NCBI GenBank assembly: GCA_001791995.1
Contig: MGFR01000003.1
Span: 6,170-70,169, forward strand
Origin: Candidatus Woesebacteria bacterium RBG_13_46_13
Lineage (GTDB): Bacteria; Patescibacteriota; Microgenomatia; UBA8517
Length of the DNA stretch: 64,000 bases
Direction: 5' to 3'
Shown here: positions 29,720-39,936 of the stretch, piece after piece
Layout: every line of letters starts with the position of its first letter
How positions within the stretch are numbered: the stretch's first letter is position 1
Translations under genes and position numbers: made by a program
Notes under the pieces: model-generated
What the model saw: the letters and a program-made list of their open reading frames with translations, nothing else
The model's database searches: none
What the model was told of the DNA's origin: nothing

Positions 29720-29962
29720 TTATTCGGCTACGTGTGAAGAAACCGTTTCCACCAGCTCCTCGACACTTAAGGCGGGGGAAAGCTCCAGGGATTGGGCATC
29801 AATGCCCAGCCCGCCAAGGGTATTTAAAAAGTCGGTGAAATCGGTGGCACTCATGTGCAGCTCTTCGGAGAAGGTGTCGGTATCCTCGATATCTTCAACC
29901 TCCACCCCAATGGTGTCCGCGATTTTACCTTTGATGAACTCTTTGAGTTTTTCTTCTTTCAT
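29720..29962 (-). CDS. acyl-carrier-protein-like small acidic protein
   Basis: 80 aa, acidic, four-helix pattern. Sits in the acpP position upstream of rnc. The phosphopantetheine-Ser context (EELHMSATDF) is non-canonical relative to D-S-L. Confidence 0.45.
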   Translation of the reverse strand: MKEEKLKEFIKGKIADTIGVEVEDIEDTDTFSEELHMSATDFTDFLNTLGGLGIDAQSLELSPALSVEELVETVSSHVAE

Positions 29963-30321
29963 TGGGCCTGTTCCTCCTTTTTGTATATAGTACCCAATAC
30001 ACCGTTGATAAATGAAGAGGAGTTTTCGCTGCCGAACTCTTTGGCCAGCTCTACCGCCTCATCGATGACTACCTTGGGTGGGGCTTCCCCCACCTCCAGC
30101 TCATAGATTGCCAGTCTTAAAATGGCCAAATCAATTCTATTGAGTTTATCTATCGGCCAGGCTGTGGCAGCTTTCTGAATCTCGGCGTCAATAGTGTCCT
30201 TTTTGGCCAGAATTGCAGCCACCGCTTCGTTCTTGGAAGGTTGCGGGGTATAACTTTCGGCAAAGAGCTCTTTGACGATTTCTCTTCTTTTTTGGTGACG
30301 GGGATCTCGGGCAGTCTTCAT
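29959..30321 (-). CDS. nusB: transcription antitermination factor NusB
   Basis: RIDLAILRLAIYEL and FINGVLG motifs, 120 aa. Confidence 0.85.
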   Translation of the reverse strand: MKTARDPRHQKRREIVKELFAESYTPQPSKNEAVAAILAKKDTIDAEIQKAATAWPIDKLNRIDLAILRLAIYELEVGEAPPKVVIDEAVELAKEFGSENSSSFINGVLGTIYKKEEQAQ

Positions 30322-30333
30322 TGTTTGGGTGCC

Positions 30334-30498
30334 TTAGGCATTCTTATAAAATCCACAATGGGGGCATGCACGGTGAGGTTCCCTGAGTTTTCCGCAGGAA
30401 GGGCATTTGACCAAAGAAGTCAGACCCAACTTGGCGGTAATGGCCCTGCGGGTATTACTGCGACCCCTGGTATGTTTCTTCTTGGGTAGCGGTGTCAT
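30334..30498 (-). CDS. rpmF: 50S ribosomal protein L32
   Basis: Hand translation gives MTPLPKKKHTRGRSNTRRAITAKLGLTSLVKCPSCGKLREPHRACPHCGFYKNA (54 aa), with the bL32 CxxC...CxxC zinc ribbon. Missed by the ORF track because of the 60-aa cutoff. Confidence 0.75.
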   Translation of the reverse strand: MTPLPKKKHTRGRSNTRRAITAKLGLTSLVKCPSCGKLREPHRACPHCGFYKNA

Positions 30499-30510
30499 AC
30501 TTCGGCAATT

Positions 30511-32517
30511 TTAAACCATACTAGCCTTAGTGGCAAGCACGAAACCCTTGTCTGAAAGCATCTGGGCTACCCGCTTGGCTTTTTGGATTAACTCCGTGTC
30601 CTGCCAGGAAGCGATCTTTAGTTCGGGGAATCCGTGCTGTCTGGTGCCGAAGACTTCTCCGGGACCTCTTAAGCTCAAATCCAACTCGGCGAGTTCAAAT
30701 CCGGAAATCCCTTTTTCGAGTGCGGCCAAGCGTGTCAAAACTCGCGGTGCTGCGGAATCAGAGAAGATTAGGCAGTAGGATTTCTTTTCCCCTCTGCCCA
30801 CCCTGCCCCTCAGCTGGTGCAGCTGGGCCAGACCGAAGCGCTCGGAGCCTTCGATGAGCATGATGGTGGCGTTGGCAACGTCGATACCGACCTCGACCAC
30901 GGGAGTTGCGACCAGGACGTCTATTTTTCCTTTTCTGAAGTCCGACATCACTCGATCCTTGTCTTTACCGGAGAGCTTACCGTGTATCAGACCGAATGAA
31001 AGTTCGGAAAAAATCTTTTTCTGCTCGGCGTATTCCTTGGCAGCCGCTTTGACCGACTGCATGGTCTCTTTGTCCGACTCTTCGATTAAGGGGCAAATCA
31101 GAAAAGCCTGAACTTTGTCTTTGAGAATTTCGTCTTTGACCCAGGTCATGGCCTTGGGCCTCTTGGCCGGTGGAACTATCCAGGTGGTTATTTTTTGTCT
31201 GCCTCCCGGAAGTTCTTTCAAAACAGACAGGTCCAAGTCTCCATAGAGGGTTAGGGCTACCGTTCTGGGAATTGGGGTTGCGGTCATAGTCAGAATATGC
31301 GGCATCAGTTTCTTTTTGCCGACTTGTTTGACCAGCAGGGCTCTTTGTTCAACGCCAAAGCGGTGCTGTTCGTCGATTACCACCAGACCTACATTTTCAA
31401 AGAGACCCTTTTTGTTAAGAAGAGCGTGGGTGCCAACAAAAATATCCGTTCTGCCCAGGTCTTTTTTAACCAAACCCGAAGTAATCAGGGCTACCCTAAG
31501 CTTGAAAGGCTTAAAAATTCTCTGCAGGGTTTCGTAGTGCTGCTGGGCCAGAATTTGGGTAGGCGCCATTACGGCGGTCTGTAGGCCGTTGATGAAACAA
31601 ACGAAAGCCGCAATTGCTGCCACCACGGTTTTGCCGCTACCCACATCACCCTCCAAAAGCCTATTCATCGGCCAGGCGCGGGTTAGGTCCCCAAGAATTT
31701 CTTCCACGGCGCTTTGCTGCGATGCGGTTAGGGCAAATGGAAGAGAATCTATAAATTTATCGACATCGCTTTCTTCAAAGGCCAAGGTATGTCCCGTTTG
31801 GTTATTCTTCCAACCTGCTTTTCTGGAGATGCTTGTCAACTGTAATTCCAACAACTCATCAAACGCCAGCCGCTGCCTACCTTTCTCGGCCTCATCTTCA
31901 CTGGCAGGATGATGAACGGCGTGAATTGCGTCGGTCAAAGGTATCAGCCCTTCGGACTTAATGAATTTTAAAGGAAGAGTTTCTTTTATCGTGCTTCCCA
32001 GACTGGCCAAGGTTTCGGCAATTCTTCCCCTAAGCCACTTGGAAGAAAGTCCGAAAGTTTCGGGATAGATGGGCACCAGACCCGAGGTGTGAATGCTTGT
32101 CTTGCCTTGCTTTATCAGTTCGTATTCCGGGGAGATTAAAGCCTTTCGTCCGGAGAAGAACCCGACCTTACCTGCCAGAGAGATTTCGGCTTCGGGAAAA
32201 AGAACCCTAACCAAAAACGGCTGGTTAAACCAGACAACCGTAATTTTGCCCGATGCATCCTCAACCTCCCCGATTTGGATTTTGCGCCCGGATCGGGTGT
32301 ACTGGTTTTTAATGGAAACTACCTTGCCTCTTATCGTTAAAACATCTTCCGGAGCGGCCGCTCTCACGGGAGAGGAGACCCTAAAGTCCAGATATCTGTG
32401 GGGAACGTGATAGAGCAGATCTTTGATTGAAACAATCCCAAGATTATTCAGGCGCCTTGCGTAAGAAGGACCGACCAGAGGAAGCTCCTCAACCGGTGAG
32501 TTTAGATACATTGTCAA
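30511..32517 (-). CDS. recG: ATP-dependent DNA helicase RecG
   Basis: N-terminal wedge/OB domain. Helicase motifs GDVGSGKT and DEQHRFG. Motif VI QLRGRVGRG. 668 aa. Confidence 0.85.
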   Translation of the reverse strand: MTMYLNSPVEELPLVGPSYARRLNNLGIVSIKDLLYHVPHRYLDFRVSSPVRAAAPEDVLTIRGKVVSIKNQYTRSGRKIQIGEVEDASGKITVVWFNQPFLVRVLFPEAEISLAGKVGFFSGRKALISPEYELIKQGKTSIHTSGLVPIYPETFGLSSKWLRGRIAETLASLGSTIKETLPLKFIKSEGLIPLTDAIHAVHHPASEDEAEKGRQRLAFDELLELQLTSISRKAGWKNNQTGHTLAFEESDVDKFIDSLPFALTASQQSAVEEILGDLTRAWPMNRLLEGDVGSGKTVVAAIAAFVCFINGLQTAVMAPTQILAQQHYETLQRIFKPFKLRVALITSGLVKKDLGRTDIFVGTHALLNKKGLFENVGLVVIDEQHRFGVEQRALLVKQVGKKKLMPHILTMTATPIPRTVALTLYGDLDLSVLKELPGGRQKITTWIVPPAKRPKAMTWVKDEILKDKVQAFLICPLIEESDKETMQSVKAAAKEYAEQKKIFSELSFGLIHGKLSGKDKDRVMSDFRKGKIDVLVATPVVEVGIDVANATIMLIEGSERFGLAQLHQLRGRVGRGEKKSYCLIFSDSAAPRVLTRLAALEKGISGFELAELDLSLRGPGEVFGTRQHGFPELKIASWQDTELIQKAKRVAQMLSDKGFVLATKASMV

Positions 32518-32620
32518 CGGAAGGCAGTCAGAAAAGGCAGGAACGACCCCAACACCAAAAGCAGCCCCGCGACAATGATTATTGCCGTGAACAGCCTTCT
32601 TTGTTTTCTGGTAAGTATCA

Positions 32621-33775
32621 TTATTTAGTGGCTATCAAGAAGGTTCTTTCCCCGACCCTAATTTTGTCCCCGACTTTAACAACATAGGCCGCATCGGAAA
32701 CCGTTTTGCCGTTAATATCAACCGCATGCTGTTTAATTATCCGTTTGGCGTCACTGATGCTTTCAAGACGGGTGTAGGGCGAGATGGTTTTGGCCAGGCT
32801 TTCTCCGGCCGAGACTCTGATATCAAAAGAGGGTGCTCTTTCCTGGAACGTTCTTTCGAAATATTTTTGGGCAGCCTCTGCGGATGCTCCTCCCCAAAGG
32901 AGTTTAACAAGCTCATATGCCAGTCTTTTTTTCTCTGCGAGGGGTTCTTTTTTGACTTTGGCCTCGATCCCCTGCAAAGGAAAGGAAGTCAAAAGTTCAT
33001 AAGCCAAAGGCAGTACTGTGTCGGGGAAAGACATGATGCCTGCATAGAAATTCTCCGGAGAACTATCCAAAAACAAAGCGTTGCCCGTGGTTTTACCGAC
33101 TTTATTGCCCTCTTTATCTACCAAGAGTTTGGTTCCGAGTACGAATTTTTCTTTACCCTTAATCGCCTGCATCAGGGTACGGCCGACAAGCATGTTAAAT
33201 ATCTGATCGCTGCCCCCTATTTCCAAATCAACATCCATGGCGACGGAATCATAGCCCTGAAGAACCGGATAGAGAAACTCATGCACTCTGACCGTTCCTT
33301 CTTCTTTAAGTCTTTTTTGGAACATATCCCGCTCGATAAGCTGGGGAACGGTTAAATTTGCACAGATGGTCAGAAACTCTTCCATCGAGAGTGCCGAGAG
33401 CCATTCGGAGTTAAAGAGCATTTTGGCGGGGTTGGGCCCTTCAAAATCCAAAACCTTAGCGGCTTGCTCTTTCCACTTGGCAACATTTTCCTTAACCTCT
33501 TTGGGGGAAAGCTGTTTTCTGGTTGCGAGCTTATCCGTCGGGTCCCCGATCATTCCCGTAAAATCCCCGACCAAAAATATCACTTTGTGGCCCAATTCTT
33601 GGAATTGGGAGAGTTTTAATAGTCCAACCAGATTTCCCAAATGCAAAGAGGGCATGGAAGGGTCGAAGCCCTGATAAAGGGTAATCGGTCCCTTGGCCAT
33701 GATCTTGGCCAGTCCTTCTTTTGAGGGCAGGATTTCGGCAACTCCGCGGGTTAAAACTTCATCGATTGGGTTCAT
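32621..33775 (-). CDS. tyrS: tyrosine--tRNA ligase
   Basis: HIGH-class motif PSLHLGNLV, KMSKS-like KVGKT, and a C-terminal S4 domain. Confidence 0.85.
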   Translation of the reverse strand: MNPIDEVLTRGVAEILPSKEGLAKIMAKGPITLYQGFDPSMPSLHLGNLVGLLKLSQFQELGHKVIFLVGDFTGMIGDPTDKLATRKQLSPKEVKENVAKWKEQAAKVLDFEGPNPAKMLFNSEWLSALSMEEFLTICANLTVPQLIERDMFQKRLKEEGTVRVHEFLYPVLQGYDSVAMDVDLEIGGSDQIFNMLVGRTLMQAIKGKEKFVLGTKLLVDKEGNKVGKTTGNALFLDSSPENFYAGIMSFPDTVLPLAYELLTSFPLQGIEAKVKKEPLAEKKRLAYELVKLLWGGASAEAAQKYFERTFQERAPSFDIRVSAGESLAKTISPYTRLESISDAKRIIKQHAVDINGKTVSDAAYVVKVGDKIRVGERTFLIATK

Positions 33776-33814
33776 TTATACCCATTTTAAGCTCGTTTTG
33801 ATACAATAACAAGT

Positions 33815-36361
33815 ATGTGGAGAGAGAGGGCGAGAAGAAGAACCAGTGCATACGTTCCGGAAAGGGTTCGCAAGAGCAGACAGGTAGTTAGGCTTGCCAA
33901 GCTGATGTTTCTGGGAGTTATCGGACTTTTTCTGGCCAGCTTTCTCATTTTCCCCATTTTTGCATTCAACCTGCCTTCCCCCGACAAAATAGTCAGGCGG
34001 GAAGGTTTTTCCACCAAGATTCTGGACAGAAACGGAGAGGTGCTCTACGACATCTTTGCCGACCAAAGAAGAACCCCGGCCAGCCTCGCCGATATCCCCC
34101 TTTACCTGCGCCAGGCAACGGTGGCAATTGAGGATAAGAATTTTTACAAGCACCAGGGCTTTGACCCCTTAGGAATCATCAGGGGTTTTACCAGACTCTT
34201 TACTTCAGGCCGCGCCCAGGGGGGCTCTACCCTAACCCAGCAGCTGGTCAAAAACGTTTTGCTGACGCCCGAGCGGTCAATCTTCAGGAAAATCAAAGAA
34301 TTTATTCTGGCCGTGCAAATCGAAAGAAAATATACCAAGGACGAAATCCTGCAGATGTACTTAAACGAAGCGCCCTACGGAGGAACCGCCTGGGGAGTCG
34401 AAACCGCTGCCGAGACTTATTTCGGAAAGAAAGCTAAAGACCTTTCCCTTGTCGAGTCGGCAATCTTGGCGGGCTTGCCCCAAAGACCCTCGGCTTATTC
34501 CCCCTATTCCTCAACCCCGAAAGCCTATGTCGGTAGAACCCAGGATGTCCTCAGGCGGATGCGCGAGGACGGATATATCAACAAAGACCAGGAAGCCCAG
34601 GCCAAAGCAGAACTGGAGAGTGTTACCTTCCAAGAACGCGGGGGTTCATTTAAGGCCCCGCACTTTGTCCAATATGTCCAAAAGATATTGGAGGAGCGCT
34701 ACGGCGAAGCATCGGTTGAGCAGGGAGGGCTGAAAGTGACCACCACCCTGGATTGGAAACTGCAGGAAGCAGCCCAAGATATCGTCAAGGAGGAAATTGC
34801 CAAGGTCGAATCGCAAAGGATCACAAACGGCGCAGCCGTGGTTCTAAATCCCGAAACCGGGGAAATCGTGGCCATGGTCGGATCCAAGAATTTTAACGAT
34901 CCCAACTATGACGGACAGGTCAACGTCACCATGAGTCTCAGGCAGCCCGGCTCTGCAATTAAACCTGTTACTTATGTAACGGCTTTTAAGGAAGGCTATA
35001 CCCCCTCTACTCTACTAATGGATGTTCCGACCACCTTTCCGGGAGGGGTCGGCCAGCCGGATTATAACCCGGTAAACTACGACGGCAAATACCGGGGCCC
35101 CATCCAGGTCAGATACGCTCTGGGAAATTCGATCAACGTGGCCGCGGTTAAGATGCTGGCTATGGTGGGAATCAAGGACACTCTGGAGACGGCCTACGAT
35201 TTGGGTATAACCACTCTGGCTCCCACCCAGGAAACCTTAAACAGGGTAGGGCTTTCCCTGACTTTGGGAGGAGGCGAAGTGCGTCTTTTGGAGCTAACCG
35301 GTGCTTATGCGGCTTTCATGAACAAGGGTTATAAGATAGAGCCTACCGCGATACTTAAGGTTGAAGATTCCGAAGGCAAGGTGCTGGAGGAGACCAAGCC
35401 GGAAAAGAAAAAGCGGGTTCTCTCCGAAGGCCAGGCGTACCTGATTGCCAATATCCTTTCGGACAATTCCGCCCGTTCGCAGGTTTTCGGAACCAACTCG
35501 CTGTTGAATATTCCGGGCAAAACCATTGCGGTTAAAACCGGTACCACCAACGACAAAAGGGACAACTGGACGATAGGGGGCAATCCCCAGGCGATGGTCG
35601 GAGTTTGGGTCGGCAATAACGATAACTCCCCGATGCTTAACGTAGCCTCCGGAGTATCCGGGGCCTCGCCTATCTGGAGAAGGGTTCTTTTGGAGGCTTT
35701 ATCCGGTAAGCCCAATGTCTCGTTTGAAACCCCTTCCGAAATAGTGACGGCTACGGTTGATGCGGTTTCCGGATATCGGGCTCACGACGGATTTGCGGAA
35801 AGAAGCGAAAGTTTTATCAAGGGTACCGAGCCGGGAGAAGACCCGATACATGTTAAGCTGAAAGTCTGTAAAACCGACGGTAAGCTGGCCTCCCCGTTTG
35901 ATATCAACCAAAGCAATTACGAGGAAAAGGAATATTTTGTCTTCAAAGAAGAGGATCCGACCGCAGCCAAGGGCCAGCCCAATAAATGGCAGGAAGGAAT
36001 TCTTAACTGGCTGGCTACCCAAACCGAAGCGAAATACCACCCGCCGACGGATTATTGCGGTACGGCCAATCCGATAAGTATTAAGTTTTTGACTCCAACC
36101 GATCAAACCTCGAATCTGGGTAGTGCCTTTAAGATCAGATTTGAGGCTGCTTCAACCGTCGCCATTACCCAAGCCGATCTATATATAGACGCCAACAAGG
36201 TCAGGGGTTATAGCGGTCCGCCTTACGAATACGATGCTTCGGGCCTATCCGACGGAGCCCATACCCTAAAAGTGGTTGCCACAGATGCCAACTCGAAGCA
36301 GTCCGACAGCATAATCAGAATTGGCGTCAATAGCCTCTGGGACGCTACCCCTACTCCCTAG
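33815..36361 (+). CDS. class A penicillin-binding protein (PBP1A-type transglycosylase/transpeptidase)
   Basis: GT51 motifs AIEDKNFYKHQGFD and GGSTLTQQLVKN. Transpeptidase SAIKP, SIN and KTGTT motifs. N-terminal TM anchor. Extra C-terminal beta-rich domain. Confidence 0.85.
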   Translation: MWRERARRRTSAYVPERVRKSRQVVRLAKLMFLGVIGLFLASFLIFPIFAFNLPSPDKIVRREGFSTKILDRNGEVLYDIFADQRRTPASLADIPLYLRQATVAIEDKNFYKHQGFDPLGIIRGFTRLFTSGRAQGGSTLTQQLVKNVLLTPERSIFRKIKEFILAVQIERKYTKDEILQMYLNEAPYGGTAWGVETAAETYFGKKAKDLSLVESAILAGLPQRPSAYSPYSSTPKAYVGRTQDVLRRMREDGYINKDQEAQAKAELESVTFQERGGSFKAPHFVQYVQKILEERYGEASVEQGGLKVTTTLDWKLQEAAQDIVKEEIAKVESQRITNGAAVVLNPETGEIVAMVGSKNFNDPNYDGQVNVTMSLRQPGSAIKPVTYVTAFKEGYTPSTLLMDVPTTFPGGVGQPDYNPVNYDGKYRGPIQVRYALGNSINVAAVKMLAMVGIKDTLETAYDLGITTLAPTQETLNRVGLSLTLGGGEVRLLELTGAYAAFMNKGYKIEPTAILKVEDSEGKVLEETKPEKKKRVLSEGQAYLIANILSDNSARSQVFGTNSLLNIPGKTIAVKTGTTNDKRDNWTIGGNPQAMVGVWVGNNDNSPMLNVASGVSGASPIWRRVLLEALSGKPNVSFETPSEIVTATVDAVSGYRAHDGFAERSESFIKGTEPGEDPIHVKLKVCKTDGKLASPFDINQSNYEEKEYFVFKEEDPTAAKGQPNKWQEGILNWLATQTEAKYHPPTDYCGTANPISIKFLTPTDQTSNLGSAFKIRFEAASTVAITQADLYIDANKVRGYSGPPYEYDASGLSDGAHTLKVVATDANSKQSDSIIRIGVNSLWDATPTP

Positions 36362-36422
36362 AAAAATCCACATTTGCCTTCTGTAGTATAATATTTGTTA
36401 AGTATGAACCTGCCGAAACAAA

Positions 36423-36854
36423 ATGGGAAAAGAACAACTCACAAGTTGTAACGATGAGTTTGAGGCCAAACTTCAGGCCAAAGATCCCCGTTTGCCCAAA
36501 CACCTTCGTACCTACATCAGAAGATTAAAACAGGCCGGAAAAATCGATGAGGCGATAAAGCACCGAGAGCATTTTGTCCACCAGAGGAGAAACAAACACG
36601 AGATAGCCGTTGATGAGCTTCACAAAACCATAGCCGAGGTTATCTGCACCGACGACCCGGTAAAGGAAGCTGCGGGAAATATCAAAGTTACCTGGCTTTT
36701 GAATGTTGTGGGAGTTATCGAGACCCCGGAGGAAAGAAAAGCCCAGATATTAGAGATTTACGAATCTACACCCGAACACGTTCAGGTTGTACTTGAGGAG
36801 TTGATGCCTCTAATCAGAAACGAAGTTTCACCCCTGATGCCGACCGCGGCCTAG
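36423..36854 (+). CDS. hypothetical protein (143 aa)
   Basis: ORF with no recognised motif. Confidence 0.35.
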   Translation: MGKEQLTSCNDEFEAKLQAKDPRLPKHLRTYIRRLKQAGKIDEAIKHREHFVHQRRNKHEIAVDELHKTIAEVICTDDPVKEAAGNIKVTWLLNVVGVIETPEERKAQILEIYESTPEHVQVVLEELMPLIRNEVSPLMPTAA

Positions 36855-36855
36855 C

Positions 36856-38802
36856 TTATTTTGCAATCGCTCCGAAGTCCCTCTTGAGGATTTTAAGAAT
36901 GGTTCCCCTGATCTTTTCTGTTTCGCTATCGGTTAAAGTCTTTTGGGGGTGCTGGTAATTAAGCCTGAAGGTATAGGCATCGTTATATATCGTCCCCAGG
37001 ACGACCTCGGATATCAGAGGTGATGTAGATTTGATGGCAAAAATTACATCCCCGACCCTGCTCTTTGCGGGAAGAATCAAAGTAATATCTTCGATTTGGG
37101 CCGGGTGAGAAGGAATCTTTTTGTACTGCCTGGGCTGAATTCCTAATTTCAGAAGAGCCATATCCAATTCGTAGTAAATCTCTCCCGTTTCCAACATCCC
37201 GAACTGGCCCAGAAATTTATTTGAGCATTTTAACAAGAGCCTTTGGCTGGGCTGAAAATATTGCGAATCTTCGGGAATAAACCCAAGGGTAACGTTTAGC
37301 TCTTCCGCCAGGGCTTCAATAATTCCTTTAGCTTGCCTAAAGCCGGTATTAACAAATATTCCGGCCAGCATCATTTTTTCCTGAGGCAGGTCTCCCTTTC
37401 TGGGAAGATAAACATTGGCCATTTCAAAAAGGTGGAAAGCCTCCTTTACCCCGGCATTTTCCCCGGCGGCACGGGCAAGAGACGGCAGAAGTGAAGTTCT
37501 CAGGAATGAGGAATCCTCGCCCAATGGATTCGCCAGCTGAAGGGCTCCTTGTCCGGCTTCATGCTTTGCAACAAGAGACAGGCTATAGACTTCTATGCCT
37601 GCGTACCCCTTGAGTATATTTTTGACCTTCGCCTCGAAGCCAAACGGAGAATCTACCAAGGGTTCGGTTAAGGCTCCCTGCATGATAATACCGGGCAGCC
37701 TTTGATACCCCCAAATTCTGGCAATCTCTTCGATAACATCCTCTTTAATCTGTACATCTTTAAGTCTCCACGAGGGAACTTTTACGGATAGCGATTTGCC
37801 CCTCCAGCCAGCTTCGAAACCCAAGGACGTCAGGGCTTTTCCTATCTGATGTTTAGGAAGGACAGTTCCCAGAAAGCCGCTTATAAAATCAAAGTCCAAA
37901 GCAATAGTTTTAGCCCCGGGAGGGTTGGGATAAATATCGAGGATCGTCTCTTCCGCTTTTCCGCCGGTTAGGGTTTCGAAAAGATCTATGCCGCGGCGGA
38001 TAGCCAAGCTTATCAGTTCCGGGTCCGTTCCTTTTTCGAATATATCCGAAGCCTCGGAGCGGTGGGCCAAGGACATCGCGGTCCTTCTGATATTTAAGGG
38101 GTTATAAGTTTGGACAAACAAAAGAACATTTTTGGTTTTGTCATCAATGGCGCTTAGTGTCCCGCCCATTATTCCGGCCAAATCAATAAGTCTTCCCTTT
38201 CCGTCTTCGATGACGATATCTCCCCCCGGGAGTGTATGCTTTTTCTCATCAAGCGTGGTTATGGTTTCTCCCTTACGACTGGGCCTTAAGAGCATCTTTC
38301 CTTTAAGGATTTTGTCGTAGTCGAAGGTATGTACGGGCTGGCCCAGCTCCTTCATGATGTAGTTGGAGATATCAACAACGTTATTAATGGATCTAACTCC
38401 TACTCTTTCCAGTCTTTGGCTCATCCATTCGGGAGATGCCGCCATCTTGACTCCTTTGATCAAGACAGCCGCAAACCTGGGGCACAAAGTAGTGTCAACC
38501 TCGGCTTTTAAGTACCTTACCGTCTTGGCAAATGTCTGTCGGGACTTACTTTTTAAGGGCACAAGTGAAGCCTTAACGGTGTGTGCAGGAAGGGCGGCTG
38601 AGGCTTCCCTGGCAATGCCGTAGACGCCCATGCAGTCTACCCTATTGGTGGTTACTTCGATTGAATAAAGCGAGTCGTCTTTGAGCCTGGTGACCTTTTC
38701 TACAGATGGGCCGGATAAAGAAAGGGCATCGGCGATTTTACTTGAGGCGGCCTTGGTTTTTAGATAATCTCTTAACCAGTTATCCGATATTGTTATATTC
38801 AT
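36856..38802 (-). CDS. pheT: phenylalanine--tRNA ligase beta subunit (short form)
   Basis: N-terminal DNWLRDYL B3/B4 region. Directly downstream of pheS. 648 aa, lacking the N-terminal tRNA-binding extension. Confidence 0.8.
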   Translation of the reverse strand: MNITISDNWLRDYLKTKAASSKIADALSLSGPSVEKVTRLKDDSLYSIEVTTNRVDCMGVYGIAREASAALPAHTVKASLVPLKSKSRQTFAKTVRYLKAEVDTTLCPRFAAVLIKGVKMAASPEWMSQRLERVGVRSINNVVDISNYIMKELGQPVHTFDYDKILKGKMLLRPSRKGETITTLDEKKHTLPGGDIVIEDGKGRLIDLAGIMGGTLSAIDDKTKNVLLFVQTYNPLNIRRTAMSLAHRSEASDIFEKGTDPELISLAIRRGIDLFETLTGGKAEETILDIYPNPPGAKTIALDFDFISGFLGTVLPKHQIGKALTSLGFEAGWRGKSLSVKVPSWRLKDVQIKEDVIEEIARIWGYQRLPGIIMQGALTEPLVDSPFGFEAKVKNILKGYAGIEVYSLSLVAKHEAGQGALQLANPLGEDSSFLRTSLLPSLARAAGENAGVKEAFHLFEMANVYLPRKGDLPQEKMMLAGIFVNTGFRQAKGIIEALAEELNVTLGFIPEDSQYFQPSQRLLLKCSNKFLGQFGMLETGEIYYELDMALLKLGIQPRQYKKIPSHPAQIEDITLILPAKSRVGDVIFAIKSTSPLISEVVLGTIYNDAYTFRLNYQHPQKTLTDSETEKIRGTILKILKRDFGAIAK

Positions 38803-38806
38803 ATTA

Positions 38807-39892
38807 TTAAAATTGTTTCAAGAATCGTAGGTCCGATCCGTATATTAGCCTGATATCGGGAATCTGCAGTCCGGACTTCATCATATAGGTTCTTTCCACT
38901 CCCCACCCGAAGGCATAACCGGAATATTTCTCGGGGTTTATTCCCCCGGCCGCAAGAACCCTGGGGTGAACCATGCCTGCACCCCCGAGCTCGAGCCAGC
39001 CGTTTTTACAAAGCTTACATCCTCTCCCCAGGCAAACTCCGCAGGTCACGTCTACTTCGAAAGAGGGCTCGGTAAATTGAAAATGAAACGGTCTAAGTCT
39101 GGTTTTTCTCTCCGGACCAAAGAAATTCCTGGCAAAATAGTCCAAAGTTCCTTTGAGGTTGGCAACGGATATGCCTTTATCGATAACCAATCCTTCAAAC
39201 TGATGGAACATCGGTACGTGAGAAGCATCGATTTGCCTGCGGTAGCACTTGGCGATGTTAATCATCCTGACGGGAGGGGATTTGACCCTTTGCATTTCCC
39301 TGACCTGGGCGGAGGAAGTATGGGGGGTCAGAACCATTTGTCCGAATTTGGGGTTGGCCGGGGCATCCACGAAAAAAGTTTCCCATTCGTCCCGCGCCGG
39401 GTGCCCCTCGGGCATATTTAAAGTCTCGAATGCATACCAGTCCCATTCGACTTCCGGGTACCTATTTCTGACAAAGCCCAATTGGGTAAAAAGAGCCGAT
39501 ATTTCCTCAATCGCCTGAGTCACCAGGTGCAGATGTCCCATCGCCGGCTTTATCCCCGGAACCGTTGGGTCAAACCAGGCCCTGGCGCTTTCTTTGAGAT
39601 GATTTTTCTGCGAAGCTAAGGCTTTGACAATTGTATTTTTGGCTTCGTTGACGAGCAGCCCTGCTTGCTTCCTCTTTTCGGGAGAGACTTCCCTAATTCT
39701 TTTGATTAAGGAGGTAAACTTGCCGCTTCTTCCCAGGTAGGTAACCCTGATTGTTTCGAGCTCTTCAAAAGAGGACACCTCCATTATTTGGGCCAGGGCT
39801 TCGTTTTTGAGATTGATTACTTCTTCCTGCATATTGTCTCGAACCATTAAAAAAGCTCTCCGGAGGAGAGCTGTCTTGATAGTGTTCTCCAC
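38807..39892 (-). CDS. pheS: phenylalanine--tRNA ligase alpha subunit
   Basis: Class II motifs, FHQFEGLVID motif 2 region, 361 aa. Confidence 0.85.
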   Translation of the reverse strand: MENTIKTALLRRAFLMVRDNMQEEVINLKNEALAQIMEVSSFEELETIRVTYLGRSGKFTSLIKRIREVSPEKRKQAGLLVNEAKNTIVKALASQKNHLKESARAWFDPTVPGIKPAMGHLHLVTQAIEEISALFTQLGFVRNRYPEVEWDWYAFETLNMPEGHPARDEWETFFVDAPANPKFGQMVLTPHTSSAQVREMQRVKSPPVRMINIAKCYRRQIDASHVPMFHQFEGLVIDKGISVANLKGTLDYFARNFFGPERKTRLRPFHFQFTEPSFEVDVTCGVCLGRGCKLCKNGWLELGGAGMVHPRVLAAGGINPEKYSGYAFGWGVERTYMMKSGLQIPDIRLIYGSDLRFLKQF

Positions 39893-39936
39893 CGGCTAAC
39901 TAATATTACCGAAAAAGCCGGAGAAGAAAAAGAATT

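Noticed and set aside
30241-30489. 82-aa plus-strand ORF
   Set aside because: The same region encodes bL32 on the minus strand with a clear zinc-ribbon signature.
34449-36106. Multiple 60-135-aa ORFs
   Set aside because: Lie inside or antisense to the 848-aa PBP gene, whose GT51 and transpeptidase motifs are continuous.
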